Positions 1 through 13,560 of a DNA stretch of 64,000 nt are shown in pieces. The DNA is taken from NCBI GenBank assembly GCA_013239625.1, contig MU053472.1, positions 558,001 through 622,000 of the forward strand, read 5' to 3'. Both the position numbers and the translations under genes were made by a program. The stretch comes from Lama guanicoe. Taxonomy: Eukaryota. The first letter of the stretch is position 1. The number at the start of each line of letters is the position of its first letter. The notes below the pieces were generated by a model. That model was given only the letters and a program-made list of their open reading frames with translations, was not told the origin of the DNA and searched no databases.

Positions 1-509
1 AAAAGGTTAAAAGTTGTTAGACTGAAATCTAGGAATGCTATATCAAACAATAGGTGATAGCTGTAGTCTAAATAACAGTTTAGGACTTGAATTTTCTATT
101 TTATGGAAATTTTTTCTTTACTTGATTTTATTTAGCTTCTATATCAGTAGTGATCTTCACATTTAAATATAAGCCCACCAGTTTGATTTTTATAAGCAGA
201 AATTTTGTTAAGGTCTACCTTGGTATGTATCAGTCCTTAGAGAATTTAAGTGACCTCATACAACCCTTTCTTCTCCACAAAATTCTCTTTCAGTTTTGTT
301 CAGATCAATATATAAAACTTATTTTGTGAAACTTAGTCCCAGGAGCCATGTTGAGATTTGTTGTTTGCAAGTTTGAAGGTACTAAGTCAAGATAAAGATA
401 TTCAAAAAAGAGTGCTTAGTGCAATCAGAGCCTTCTAGGGACTGAATGGGGTAAAGCTGAGGCTGAGTGGAGATCTCATCTATTTTCTGTTTCACATGTT
501 TGTTTGTAG

Positions 510-566
510 AAAGCTACCCTGGTTGAGCATGGGATTCGGCGCCTCACTTTCCTGGTTGCACAAAAG
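510..566 (+). CDS. ACACA: ACACA exon A, 57 nt, KATLVEHGIRRLTFLVAQK
   Basis: tttgtag| acceptor, |gtattg donor, phase 0/0. Confidence 0.96.
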
Positions 567-813
567 GTATTGGCATGTGAATTATGTACCTCTTTAATAT
601 TTCTTATGCTGCTGCTAGTACTTTAAAAAATGAAAAGTGTTGTTATAATCGTATGCTTACTTGCAGAATTTATGCAGAGAAAAAACTGTTTTGCTATAAA
701 TTTAATCAGGAAAAAGCCTTAGTTTAATCACCTTTTACTCAATTGGTTTTTAATTATGTTACTAATTGCCAACTTCTGCTGTTTTTCCTTCCTTTCTGTC
801 TTTCATTTGAAAG

Positions 814-858
814 GATTTCAGAAAACAGGTCAACTATGAAGTAGATCAGAGATTTCAT
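814..858 (+). CDS. ACACA: ACACA exon B, 45 nt, DFRKQVNYEVDQRFH
   Basis: Pyrimidine tract then gaaag| acceptor, |gtaagt donor, phase 0/0. Confidence 0.95.
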
Positions 859-3800
859 GTAAGTAAAAAGAGCAATGATGAAAGATTACTTGCTGTTTTA
901 TCTGTTAGCCACTGATTAAATATTTAGAGTTATTTAGAAGGGCTGGACTGACGTTTGGTCCCTACTATAATGAATATTCAGTTCTTCTATGGAGTGTTCA
1001 AACTAAAGGTTTTTTTTTTCCTTTTTTACCCTATAATGAATTCTTAATATATCTCTGAGAAATAGTTAAGAATGAGCATATGCATTTATCCAGATGAATA
1101 AGGTAGAAGCGGGAGCTAACTAGTAATTTCTCCTGTGCACACGATGAATCAGTAATCAAGGACTGCCAATTATACTTGGGGTCTTGGCTTCTACCAAAGA
1201 TGGATTCCAGTTCTATTATTGAGAATTCTCAATTCTGAAGAACAGTCATTTATTATTTAAAATGCCTTAATGGAGCCCAAGTTGGTGTTTTTGTCTTACG
1301 TTAATTCTAAGAGGAGGAAATAAATAAAAATTAAGTATTAAGTTGCTTGTTCCCCCATTTCATTGAATTAAATGTTAATATTTATGAGATTAAAAATTTT
1401 ATTGAAAAATTTTAATAAAGAGAATTAAGTAATAGCCTGGCCTCTGAATTGTGGTGCACATGTGTGTGATCATACCCAATATGCTTAGCAGTACGGTCAG
1501 AAATCCAGTTTGCATTCAAGATGTCATTCTCTAAAATGACTGATTGGAGTAAAAATATTTCTTTAAAAATTGATCCTAGTGTCAGTGAAGTAGGATTCCA
1601 AAGGATATTAAGAAGTCTTAATTTTTCTGATTTTGTTTTGTTTTGGCAATTAAGATGATTGAGTTAGTTTTCAAGCCCTGCTCATTTGCAATAATGAAGA
1701 TGACATTTGGGATTCTGGAAAGGACTCTGTAAACTCAAGGACCTGTGTGTGATTGCTCTTATTGCCCTTTTGTTTATTAGGTCTCCAGCACTTGACATTT
1801 TGTTTTCCCTCTCACAGTTGGTCTAGTCTATAGAGAAACAAGAGAGCCCAGCCTGAAAGCTAAAGAGCTAGGATTTTTCTGAAACACTTTAGGAAATGTT
1901 GTGGACTACACAACTCCCCTGTGTTATTGATGTCAGGAAATCAAGCAGAGTGCAGATATATATCAATCAATAACTGTAGATAGGAAACTGGAGGCAGTGG
2001 AGAAGTGTGAGAAGCTTAAAGAGAACCCCGGGGCTTTAGGAAGAAAAATCAGGAGCTTAGAGAATGAAATTGATACTTGCGGGTAGAGCATGAGAGCCCA
2101 TGAATAAACCCTGTGGCTGGTAGATGCCGATCAGAACTCAGGTAGACATGCCAGAGCCAGGCCCTGGATTTGGGAGGAGTGTTGGGCTACGTTCTTAAGT
2201 GTTAATAGATTTTTTCTTTTCTCGCTGACTTTGGAATAATATATTATTCTGAGGAATAATATTAAATCCTGTAACACTGTTTTCCTTTTTCCTAATGGTT
2301 CAGATGGAGTCTTCACGTCTGTAGCACATGAGCATTCTATTTAAAATTTTTAAAAAGCCAAAGCAGTTAATTCTCTTGAACATTATGGGGGGTTTTGTTT
2401 TTGTTTTTTTGGTACTTTCTTATCTGTGAATCTAAATCCTGTCCTAGAATATATCTATAGCTTTAAAACATTTTTTTCTCCCTGCTCTCCTAATATTTCT
2501 GGATTTAGGTTGAACAGGGACATGTATAAACAAAATCTGCTAGGAAATGAGCCCAGCAGGGGGTCTTCTCAGGGAATTGCTACCCAATTCCTGTATAGTG
2601 GCATCAAATGGGAAATCAGTTAAATTATCAAGTGACCTGATTTGTCATGAGTGTAGGAAAGGTTGCTTTAGGACATAGAGAACATTAAGGTTTGTTTAGG
2701 TATGGACTGGATTTGCTCTAAAGAACTGAATGGCAGAAGAGTTGGCGTGTTTTTTGATGTTAGGCCCATAAGAAATGATTAGTAGTGACACAGGGGGCAA
2801 GGGCGACTATTACTGAACTCTGGCCAGGATCTGCAATAGCCTGAAATTCTTGGCAGGAGTTGTACAAATCCGGGGCTCACTGTCATGATGCTGCTCTGAA
2901 TTCCACTGCTGGTGGTAGCTGGAAGGATGCTTAGCCTCTGTCATGTCATCTGATGTGCGCTTGCCCCATAGTTAGTGTAGTGTGAAAAAGAGGAAGCTTT
3001 CCAGGAGTGTTAGAGATGAATCCCTTGATCTCTTCGGCTTCCTGGTAATCCACTGTGATGTATGCAGCCTCCCCTATTCTACCCTGTGAAATCCCTGTAT
3101 TATTGAGTGGAAGAGGGAATGCACAGAGGAGGGGGCAAGGAGAGGAGGAAGGTTACCAGGTTTGGTTCAAGAACAGCACTGGCTGGTGTGGAATGAAGCA
3201 GCTGTGCTGTTATGGAGTCATCATCTCTCAGACTGCTTCAGAACCAGAGCCAGGCAAACCAGGGCCAGGCAAAGTGGAGGTTCCTAGGGGGTGTCTATAT
3301 TGTTAGGTGCTTATTCAGATGCCAGTGAAGGCTATAATTATTTCCAAAACTTCTTGTTTAATCACTATAGTCCCCAGAGAGCTGTCCACAAGAATGTTTG
3401 TTACTGCTTAAGTCTCTTGGCTCTACATGGAGACCATTCTTCCGAACGGGCAGTGGTCACCAGCATTAAGGAGGCTTGGTGTTGAGTCTGTTTCCATAAC
3501 CATCTAATTAAATCAAGTACCTATATAATGGGACTTGAATAACTGTTCAACATTGTTATTTAAAGAGAAGGTTTGAGGGAAAATAAGTCTACCCTTGTAA
3601 ATATCTTCTCCATGTTAAAAAAAAAAAAGAAGCCTTGAAAGCAAAAGAATAAATAGGCTCTTTGAATTTCTGCAGCTATGTAAGCTGCAGTTCTCCAGTT
3701 TTATGTAGTATAAATATTCGTTTCACTCACATTTCAGATCCAGTATTCCAAAAAGTGCAGCAGAAGATGCTGTTTAATTGGAATATAAATATTGTACTTT

Positions 3801-5899
3801 TTGGACCTTTCCATACTTTCTTTCAGCAAAGTTTTTGTTAAGGATACTAAAATGCTTATTTTCCAGATTTTTTTTTATCCTTTGCCACCTAAGCAAAAGC
3901 ATTAGATTCAAAAACCATGATGAGATTCTGAATCAGTATTGCACCTGTAAGTTTCCTTTTGTTTCTTGTTTGTGAGATTTCATGAGATTTTAAAAATTCT
4001 GCTGTAAATTACCTAGGAGCTAACTGTAGTTTTGCCAATTTTATGTGAGTGACTCCCACTTTAAAATGAAATGTTTTGGATTGTTTGTGCCTGAAGGAAG
4101 ACCTCACCATCGAAAATAGTTATCATTAGTTCATTTCTTAAAAAAAAATTGATATGTTAATTATATCTCAGTAAGGCTGGAAAAAAAATTGGTAATTCTG
4201 TTTGCTGGTGGATCAACTATTAGTTTTTCAGAAGGTTTGGTTTGAGTTTTTGTTTTAATTACAGTCTATATAATTAGTTCTCAGCGTGTTGAGGTAAAAG
4301 AGAATTGCACCAGCAAGCTTCCAATTTCTTCATCTCATTAGGTTTTTAACACGATTATTAGTATCATAATCAGCTATGATGTTTTCTATTGCAGGTTTTC
4401 ACATTCTCTGATTTGCAGGGTGTCTTGATTGGCTAATTTAGGCAAATTATTTTGATTGTCTTGATGATGGTTGGCTGATTAGAACACAGCAGGGGTATAA
4501 TTTCTTCCTGAGAAATGTTGCATTCTTTTGTTTTTTGGTACCAGAACACTGAGAGGGTTTTTCTTTGTGTACATTCAATTATGATATTTGCCCATAACAC
4601 TAGTAAGAATGCCTGGAAAGCAATTACATTAGTGATGGAATAAACATGAATGCGTTAGTGGGAAAATTGGCCATATGAGGATGAGATAGGCTGAAGGAAT
4701 TTACAAAAACTATGGGTTTGGACTTTTGGATTTCTTCTTTTCTGGTTTTCAATGTTTATGTAATTTTTGAGCGCTCCCCCCAAATGACTTTCTATAAACA
4801 TCCTCAGACTTCTTCCATATCTCCCAAAGAATTGCTCATTAATCCTGCTTTCCTGTTGCACTGAAATTCTTACCATCTCCTGTTCTGATTGCTTTGTGCT
4901 TAAATTAAGGACTTCACTGTGAAGCTCAAATTTTACTCAAAAGTTTAAAAAGATTTGCTTATGTCATCTCACAACACCTTTTCTAAGCTAACCTTAATGA
5001 TTCTGATTGGTGGTCTTTGCCCACCTTTGCCAAGAATTCTCAGCCTCTTTCATTATTTGTAGTAAAGGTATTTCCACTCACTTGTTTGCTTTTTGTGCTT
5101 TTCAGTTACTATACCTTTTTTTAATAGGATTAGTGGTAAATAAAAACATTTTTTGGTTACTATTGTTATATTTTTGAAGGAAAATCAACTGTACAAACTT
5201 GAATAAATGGCATACTGAGTAAATAGTTTAACTAACTAATTAATTAATTAAAGTTATGACAGAATAGGAGAGTATGTGCTTAAAAGATTGTATTATTACT
5301 TTCCTTGACTTTCCTTTCAGAAAATTTCATGAAAGGATTTTATCCTTCCATTTTTTGACTTGTGTTACTTTTTAGCTAAAGCTCTGAAAGCCGTTCCCCT
5401 TGAGAATAAAACCAAAACTAGACTATATAAAGCCCTGAGCATGAAATCTGTTGACGACTCAGCTCAACGTCTTCCTGCTTAACCTTGAAGTCATCCTTAT
5501 GCTCTTCACTATCATTCTGGGGAATTAGAGAATTATTTAGGACAAAATATCATCAGTAAAAGATCAGTGCTGTATAAAATCCACTTTCAACGGGCTTTTA
5601 AAGACCCAAGGCTGGACAAGTGGTTCCCTGGCCTTGCTAAACAAGCTCCTAGAAGCCTGTTAAATGCTATTTTACAGTTAAAATGCCAGGGAAAATGTAA
5701 AATGATTTATTAACTGTGCAAGCTATAGTTAAGGTGAGGCGTAAGGCCTGTGGAACGTATTCAAGAAGTTCGTAGTAAATTTAAGAACTATGAGTTTTGC
5801 ATTTTTTGATCTCATCAAAGAGAAATCTTCTAAATAATGAATTTGGATTATAACAAGAATAGAAAGGTAGAGCCCTACGCTTGAGAGGTGGAGTGTCAA

Positions 5900-6090
5900 G
5901 ATGAAAGGTCATGGGCTCTGGCGATAGAGACCCAAGTTCACCTTCCGGCTCTGTGATCTAGGGACTATCACTTGGCAAAGTCTTCCTCATCTGTAAAATG
6001 GGGCCATAATACTTACCTGGAGAGGTTGTTGAGCACATTCGATGGGACAACCCATAGGAGTGCCTGCTATCTAGAAGGCTTTCAGTACAT
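5900..6090 (+). mobile_element. MIR SINE fragment
   Basis: MIR core ttcctcatctgtaaaatgggg...tacttacct...ggttgttgag. Confidence 0.8.
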
Positions 6091-7015
6091 GTTTCCTTCA
6101 TGGTTCCTAAAGTTCATTGAGGGGTGTTTAGGCAGCTAGTCCTGGTCTCTCTGTCTTGTACCAATAAGTGTTTGATTACATTGCACTCATAATGAAGACG
6201 ATGCCTAATGAAACCTCCTGTAGAGGCAAACAGTAATGACTTGACTCCAGCACTGCCAGTAGAGCTTCCCATCTGAGAAACAGGGGTATTTGGTGTTAAT
6301 AAGTTAAATTTCAGAAACTAATGGACTCTGCTAATTGAATTCATCTTTGTTAATTAATAAGGTTCTAGTAAATTGGTTGCTTTCTTGTGTAATGCCCTGC
6401 AAAAGAGCAGTAAGACCTAATGATTACAAGTTCACTAGTTCCACCCCATTCTTTCCTATACTTAGAGTGGTAGTGACCAAAGTAACATCTCGTATTTTTC
6501 TTTGTCTTGAAGTGCTATTGTTTAAACCTTTGAAATTATTAACTTTTAAGAGTGAATGTGGAAAAAGCATGGTTTAGGGATTCTAGGCTGTCTGGCTAGT
6601 TTACATTTTAAGAGTTTCTTAAGGAGAAACTTGGGAAATCAGTCCAGTAACTACTGTTGCAGTGCTGCAGTGTAAGGATATATTGGTCTTATTTGCCAGG
6701 TTCTGCCAAGAGCAACCCCTAAGAAGATTTTTTTCACTTGGGAGATGAAAAAAATACTATTTCTTTTTTTTCCCCCTGGAAAAGGGTAGCTGTTAAAGTT
6801 ACGTTAATAATGTGGTGATTCTCAAATTTGTAAGTGGGGTCAAAGTGATGGTTACCCAGAGGATGGTTCATATTCCCCAGGCTAAGCTTAGGGAAGGAGC
6901 ATGCTTTCTAGGAAACTGTCTTCTGGATGCTTGACTGCTTCTATACTACATGTGTATCCCCAAAGAGCCATATCTATGAAGGACTGACACATTTTTTCCC
7001 CCTTCTTTAACACAG

Positions 7016-7057
7016 AGAGAATTCCCTAAATTTTTCACATTCCGAGCAAGGGATAAG
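7016..7057 (+). CDS. ACACA: ACACA exon C, 42 nt, REFPKFFTFRARDK
   Basis: cacag| acceptor, |gtaagg donor, phase 0/0. Confidence 0.97.
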
Positions 7058-8129
7058 GTAAGGACTCATCCCCCACCCCTTTTTTTTTAAATCTTAATTT
7101 TTTTCTTAAAACCCCAAGAGTGGCTTATCTTTGCCATATGTTCCTCTTGCCAGTCTCCTCTCTGTAATTGAACTTATGCTTCCCTTTGCTTTATGTGTGT
7201 CTTAGAACTAAAGAAGACTCCTTTCTGAAAGAGTCTGGTTTAGGAAATAATCAAATATACTGACCTACCCAAAGAAAGCGATAACGTTCAAAATTGTCCC
7301 TTAGGATTATCCTAATGATCTAATATTAAAGGACTATTATACTGAGTAGGGTTATTCTTGTCACTTACAGACAGTTCATTTGTACTCAAGTCTTGTTTAT
7401 GTGCGTTTGTTTTTCAATTTTAAAACGCAAAATTTCAGACTATGTTGGTTTCTTCCTATTACCAGCTTATGTTTTTGGCTCGTTGTCTCCATTCACTCAA
7501 TTGACATGTACTCTAAACACGTCTAATTTCAGCAAAATATACAGTAGATGTAAATACAACTTTCAAAAATAGATGTATAAATAATTCTATATCTGTGGGT
7601 GTAGGATGTTCCAAAGCCAAATATCTCTATTTTTAAAAATTGTATGATATTTATTTTTCAAGTATTTTGCTGCGTCCTTTTTACTCTGCCAGAAACTATA
7701 AGCATATGAGACAGAGGTCCTGCCCGTAAGCATTTTGGACTAGTTGGATGAAACTAAAATGTTGGTATATGAAATAGACATTAATGTGATGCAGACTAGT
7801 TAATTGTAAAAAATGAGTTATGAAGGCTTTAAATGCTGGAGGAATTCTGAGGGAATTGATGCTTTTTGTTTGTTTGTCCTTAATGGAGAGCATCACCACT
7901 CTTAAGAGCATAGATGACGAAAGCTTGCGAAGTAAATAGGTACTTCAGTGCCTGATCTTACGTAAGCTGTAGCATTTTCCTTCTATGTAGCTCCTTTTTT
8001 TTTTTTTGGCTCATTAACACATCATGGCTTATGTTTCTATTTTTAAGCATCTCTTTTACACACACTTTCATAATACGGTTTTGTAACTGCCTCTTGTGAG
8101 CTGTTTTTTCCTCCAACTCTCGTGTTCAG

Positions 8130-8345
8130 TTTGAGGAAGACCGTATCTATCGTCACCTGGAGCCTGCCCTGGCTTTCCAGTTAGAGCTGAACCGGATGAG
8201 AAACTTTGACCTTACTGCCATTCCATGTGCTAATCACAAGATGCACCTGTACCTTGGGGCAGCCAAGGTGGAAGTGGGCACCGAAGTGACAGACTACAGG
8301 TTCTTTGTCCGTGCAATCATCAGACATTCTGACCTGGTCACCAAG
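8130..8345 (+). CDS. ACACA: ACACA exon D, 216 nt, [20 protein letters not shown]...[10 protein letters not shown]
   Basis: ttcag| acceptor, |gtgggt donor; overlaps ORF 8196..8525. Confidence 0.98.
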
Positions 8346-9113
8346 GTGGGTGCTGGACTTTCATGGGGCGTTTTCCCTGAGGGGGAAGGGACAGAGAAAC
8401 AGGCATGGTTCAAAATCAGGTTTTCCTTTTTCGAATCAAGGTTCTTGTTCTCTTTTATCCTACTCTCCAATAACCAGCAAAAATCTGAGAGTCATTTCTC
8501 TCATAGAAGTAAATATTCCATGTAATGAAGGGGTTTTTTTCCCCTTTAATTTGATTTTTCTTGGTAATGGAAGCATAATAGCCCTCACTTGAGAAAAAAG
8601 AAAAGCATGCTAACAGAAAAGTCACAGGGAGGGTTAGGTGATGACAGAGGAGAAGGAGAAAGTTAGACCCCATTATAAACCTGTCCAGAGGTGGGGTGGT
8701 TTCTATACACAGTAGGGTACTTCCTGGCGTGTTAGTTACTACTGCATCCCATAGCCATAACCTTTCTTCAACTTTTCCTTTCTAAACAGATTTCCTTTCT
8801 AAACCACTCTGTTTGGCGTATGTGCGATGTAACCCTTGTGGGGTTGCAGCTCTGGGGATGCCCAGCGTCCTATTAGAAGAAAACGATGCAGAAGAGGCAG
8901 GAGGAAGGGCTGGCAGGAGCTCTTTATCTGACCCTTGCCTGCCCCTGCTGCCTGTGGTCATTGGGTTGACCCCAGGGAGGGAAGTAAATATCATCTGCAG
9001 CAGGTGCCTTATGATTCATGATATGCTACTGCTTAAGTGCTTTTATAACAGCCATTTCTCTATTGCCTCTTTTAAAAAACGTTAATGTTGCTGGCGATTG
9101 TCTTCCTGCATAG

Positions 9114-9269
9114 GAAGCCTCCTTTGAATATCTACAAAATGAAGGGGAGCGGCTGCTCCTGGAAGCCATGGATGAATTGGAAGTTGCTTTTAACAATACA
9201 AATGTCCGGACTGACTGCAACCACATCTTCCTCAACTTTGTGCCAACAGTCATCATGGACCCATCAAAG
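9114..9269 (+). CDS. ACACA: ACACA exon E, 156 nt, [15 protein letters not shown]...[10 protein letters not shown]
   Basis: catag| acceptor, |gtacat donor; overlaps ORF 9168..9548. Confidence 0.98.
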
Positions 9270-11450
9270 GTACATTTCTCCCTAACTTCTCTCCCAACTC
9301 TCACCAGCACAGTCAGATTCATTCACATTTATTTGCCCTTGGACCTGGAAACAGGTCCTCTCGGTCAGCTGCTTGAGCCCTTGATCTTTAAGGTTTGTAA
9401 ACTTGCTCGTAGGGCACAGAGAATGCTTGTAGGACTGGGTTTCTGGGATGGTGTCAAAAATTTGATACAACCATTGAAAGCAGACCTCAAAACTGAAGAT
9501 GGCATGACATTATCTTGCTGGTCACTTTTTAGCAGTACAAAAATATAAAACCTTTTCTTCTTCTTCCGTTGGTACCTGTTTTATGATATTTGCTATGATA
9601 GCAGTTAGATTTTACTTAATTCTGTAGGATTCCTCATCTGGAACAACTAACTTTGCTATTATTAGGCATTTTGGCAAAATTACTAACTTTTTGTTTTAAA
9701 CTAAATGGTACTTATCCAGTGGTCCGCGGGAGGTAATGCCAAAGTGTCTAACCCATTTCTCTTTAGTATTTTTCCACAGAGAGAATTTGGTTGACATGGA
9801 ATTCCACGTGTATTATGTACGTTTTCTTCCCTGAGGCTTTAATTCTAAAATGCATTCCATATAATTTAAGGAAGGAAAACAAGGTGATTCTGTATTTAAC
9901 CTTCTCCCAGGTGTAATAAAGACAGATTATTCTCTGTTTCTGCTCCCTCTAACCTTTTTTCTATCATAATATTGTGGAATTTGGATAGGAGAACCAGTGT
10001 ATCCCTTTCTCAAGATCAATTGCAGACATGGACTTATGCTTTTTGAACTTGGTGTCTAAGACCTGAGAAATATTTTCTACTTTTTTTCTTCAAGACTCCA
10101 AGCTACTGATGGGTTGCTTTGTCAGGAAAGCCAATGACAGGACTAGTCATTGAGTGTCATCAAGTCGCATCATCTAGTTTAAGTAAGGGTTCTCCTAAGT
10201 ATTCTAGGACTGATGAAGCTAGAAGACTTAGAACATGACCTGGACACTATGTAACTGTATATGTTTGTAGATGTGACTTACCATTTCTCAATGAGATTTT
10301 GCTGTCATCCTCTCTGTTTCCACTCCAAACACCCATATGCCCCATTTCTATCTTTCTAATCGTAGACATCTGTCAGTTTCCTAGACAGAGTTTGTTGACT
10401 TTTGTTCCCTTGAGTAAAGGATGGATAGATATTTCTCAGTTAACAAGCAAGTGTGGGAGTGGAGAACTCCTTGAAACACATTTTAACCTAAAATTCTTTG
10501 GAGCAGAAACAAACTATAAGGGTGGCACATTCTTCTGAAGAGCCACAAAAGAAAGGTGGTATGAGATACTTCTGTAGATTTTCTAAGAAGTTAAGAAAAC
10601 ATTTTAGCAAGATACTTCATTTAAGAAAACATTAATTTTGAATAGTATGTCCTAGCTGCCTGTAACCATATTGGACAAAAAAATAAATTTTTTTTTTTTT
10701 TTGCTTTAGTATGTCAAAAAGTAGAAGTCACATCTAAGGCCATTTGGTTAAAATAACTCACCAAACCCTGAAAACTAGGAGCACGAAGCTGCCTTGGTAT
10801 AAAGCTTAGAGAAACTCAGGAACATCTGCCCTATCTATTTAAGTCCCGGTTGGACTTGGCAGTGACCAAGCTTCAGAACTCGGTCTGGAGAGAACATTCT
10901 AGCACCACCTACAAATTGCCTTTCTTTAATTTGCGCAGTTTACCAAGAGGCATGTATTATAAAGTTTAATAAAATTGTGTGGAAAAAAGCTCATGGTGGT
11001 AATTGCTATGTTGATTTAAGGTCCTGTAAGTGCAATGAAACATAGTTACCATGCATATAAATGCTACTTAATAGCTGTTTAACTAGAGATTTTATTCTTA
11101 TTTGGGGCTTTCTCTTAAATCCCATGGCTTGTAATTTTAGATATTGCAGATCTTTGACACAGAGTATGAATATAATTGGGAAAGGGAAAGGGAATCGCAT
11201 GGAATCGGGTGTTGTGAACCAGAGAAAAACAGCTCAATGCCAGGCCAGCACGAAACTGCCCCTGACTTGTTCTAAGGAAGAATAGAGTTGGGGAGAAACT
11301 GTCTGACTTTCTGTAAGGAATATATGGAGCACACACTTCCAGAAACCTGTGTCTTTTTCCATTCCTCCCTTCCCCAAAGATGGGCAGACCTGAAACAGGT
11401 CCTAGTTACAAGGTATCTCAGTTCTGTGCTTGGTGATGTGTCTGTGGCAG

Positions 11451-11654
11451 ATTGAGGAGTCTGTGCGGAGCATGGTGATGCGCTACGGAAGTCGGCTGTG
11501 GAAATTACGCGTCCTCCAGGCAGAACTGAAAATCAACATCCGCCTGACGCCAACTGGAAAAGCGATTCCCATCCGCCTCTTCCTGACAAACGAATCTGGT
11601 TATTACTTGGACATCAGCCTGTACAAGGAAGTGACCGACTCCAGGACAGCACAG
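11451..11654 (+). CDS. ACACA: ACACA exon F, 204 nt, [19 protein letters not shown]...EVTDSRTAQ
   Basis: ggcag| acceptor, |gtaaca donor; within ORF 11430..11888. Confidence 0.98.
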
Positions 11655-13399
11655 GTAACAGTTGTGAAGCAGGCTCCTCAAAGCTTGGATTTGCTCCTCC
11701 AGACGGGCCACTTGTCCTGGGGACGGAAGACGCAAACTCACCACAAGTCCCCATTGCTTCACCCCGTGGGGTTATCCTCTATCAGCTTAAACAGTTGCAT
11801 GAATTTGAAAAGTTTCGATTGCTTCATAAGCTGTGCCTCTGTCCTAACCATGAGTGTTAGGAAGCCCTCAGCCTTTTGTCGTGTATAAGGGAGCCCTCAC
11901 GGATGCCACGTGAACCTGACTCCAGAGGTAGCTGGGCAGTTCAGGGCTCTTTTACAGACGGCTCTTGGGCTCCTTGAGTGGTCTTGTCTTTTCCCCTCAG
12001 ATTTGTCCTTGTTCCTGTTTTCAGCCTAGCTAGACCACTCATTGGCAAGTAAGGAAAGGAGAATTGTTGAAATATGAAATATCTCAAAGAAGGAGAATTT
12101 CAACATACAATAATAGCTTGAACAATATCAGGTAGTGTCTTTATCTTATTTATCCTTTATTCCATTTACACACGTAATCTTTCCCTTACAGAGTTCAGAG
12201 TATCATACCTATAAGAGCAAAGTGGTAAACATTAACCCATTTTTCAGATGGAAAGATTTGAGAATGTGAAAATGCAAAGTGACTTTTTAAGTAAATTGGT
12301 CCTATAATAGAAGAGGATTCTCTTTTAATCTGTTTTACCACCTTAGTTTCTAAATTTTGGGGCTGCTTGCTATGATACTGGATTTAGGTTGGTTCACCAT
12401 TGCTCACCTCTTTGTAAGAGCTGGGATGTTAATTTTAGGTCTCTGGCCTGAATTTGGGCAGTGCCTTTCTTCTCTTTAGAGGGTGAACTTTCTCTAGTAT
12501 GTGTACAGAAAGGTTTCCGTCTGTTCTATGCATTGGGCGACAGGAAGAGATTATGTGTCTCTTCCTTTTATCTATGTCCTTTTAAATCTGGGAACAGCAA
12601 TAAGACAAGACATTTTTGCCCATATTTCGAAGATGAATTTTAAAGTTCTGGGTTTGGATAGTTGTCAGAGTGACCTTTCATTTTGTGCTTTGATTCCCAG
12701 TGAGATGGCCAGAGAAAGCTATCCCATGAGAAGTGAACAGTTAAAACAGAGAGAGAAAGTGTACACAAGAGTGCAAGGGGTGAGCAAGAGAAAGAAGATT
12801 CAATGATTTTTTGCTGCATTTGATGTTTTCAGGGCAACCTTAAAGACATTTTCAGTCAAAGCTTTCCATGGGCCAGGGATGTTTTTAATTAACTTCTACA
12901 GTGGCTTCAAGGCAGGTCTATTCTTGTGAAAAATAAGATGGCCACTTGAGATTTTAATGTTTTTGATAAATATGTTTGTTCTTCATAACTACATTTTCCC
13001 CCCTTTCTTTTATTAGAAAGCTCTTAGATTTCCCTCATGCTGGCTAGCATGACACAGGGGCATGAAAGACACAGATGCCTTCAGTCGGGGTTTAGTACTG
13101 AACGAATGAGCTACCTTTAGCCTGGGGGAGAACCCCTCTTCCCATGGGTCCTGTATATTTAGGAAGCCCTAAGGATAGGGGTCTCCCTCAGGCTCTTCAG
13201 TTGAGAGAGTTCGACAGCCACTACCACATGTGAACTGAAAAGCCCGTAGCTGGAGGAGGGAGCCCGCAGAAGGAGCAGCTTCTGACTCAGCTCTGGCACT
13301 CCTAGTGCCTGCTTGATGCTTATTGCCAGTTTGTGTTTTTCCCTTTCTTTGCTCTAGTGAGTCTTTATATAAATTTAAAACAATGTAGAACCATGTGTG

Positions 13400-13560
13400 T
13401 CATTCATTCATTTGTTCATTGATTGAACATTTATTGACCATGTGTATACAAAGATAAAAAGTGGTCTCATTTCAAGAAATTTACATCATGTTAGAAGACA
13501 GATATTTAATTTCCATGTAGTGTGATTGTGGTTTGTGCCCTTATAAATTAAGTACTTGGG
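13400..13560 (-). mobile_element. L2 3' end fragment
   Basis: cattcattca...gaacatttattga is an antisense L2 tail. Confidence 0.6.

Noticed and set aside
870..956. C/D-box snoRNA-like layout (ATGATGA 875-881, CTGA 912-915 and 948-951)
   Set aside because: Only 16 nt from a splice donor, weak terminal stem, no clear C' box, and no rRNA or snRNA complementarity I recognise. An Rfam or snoscan hit would be needed.
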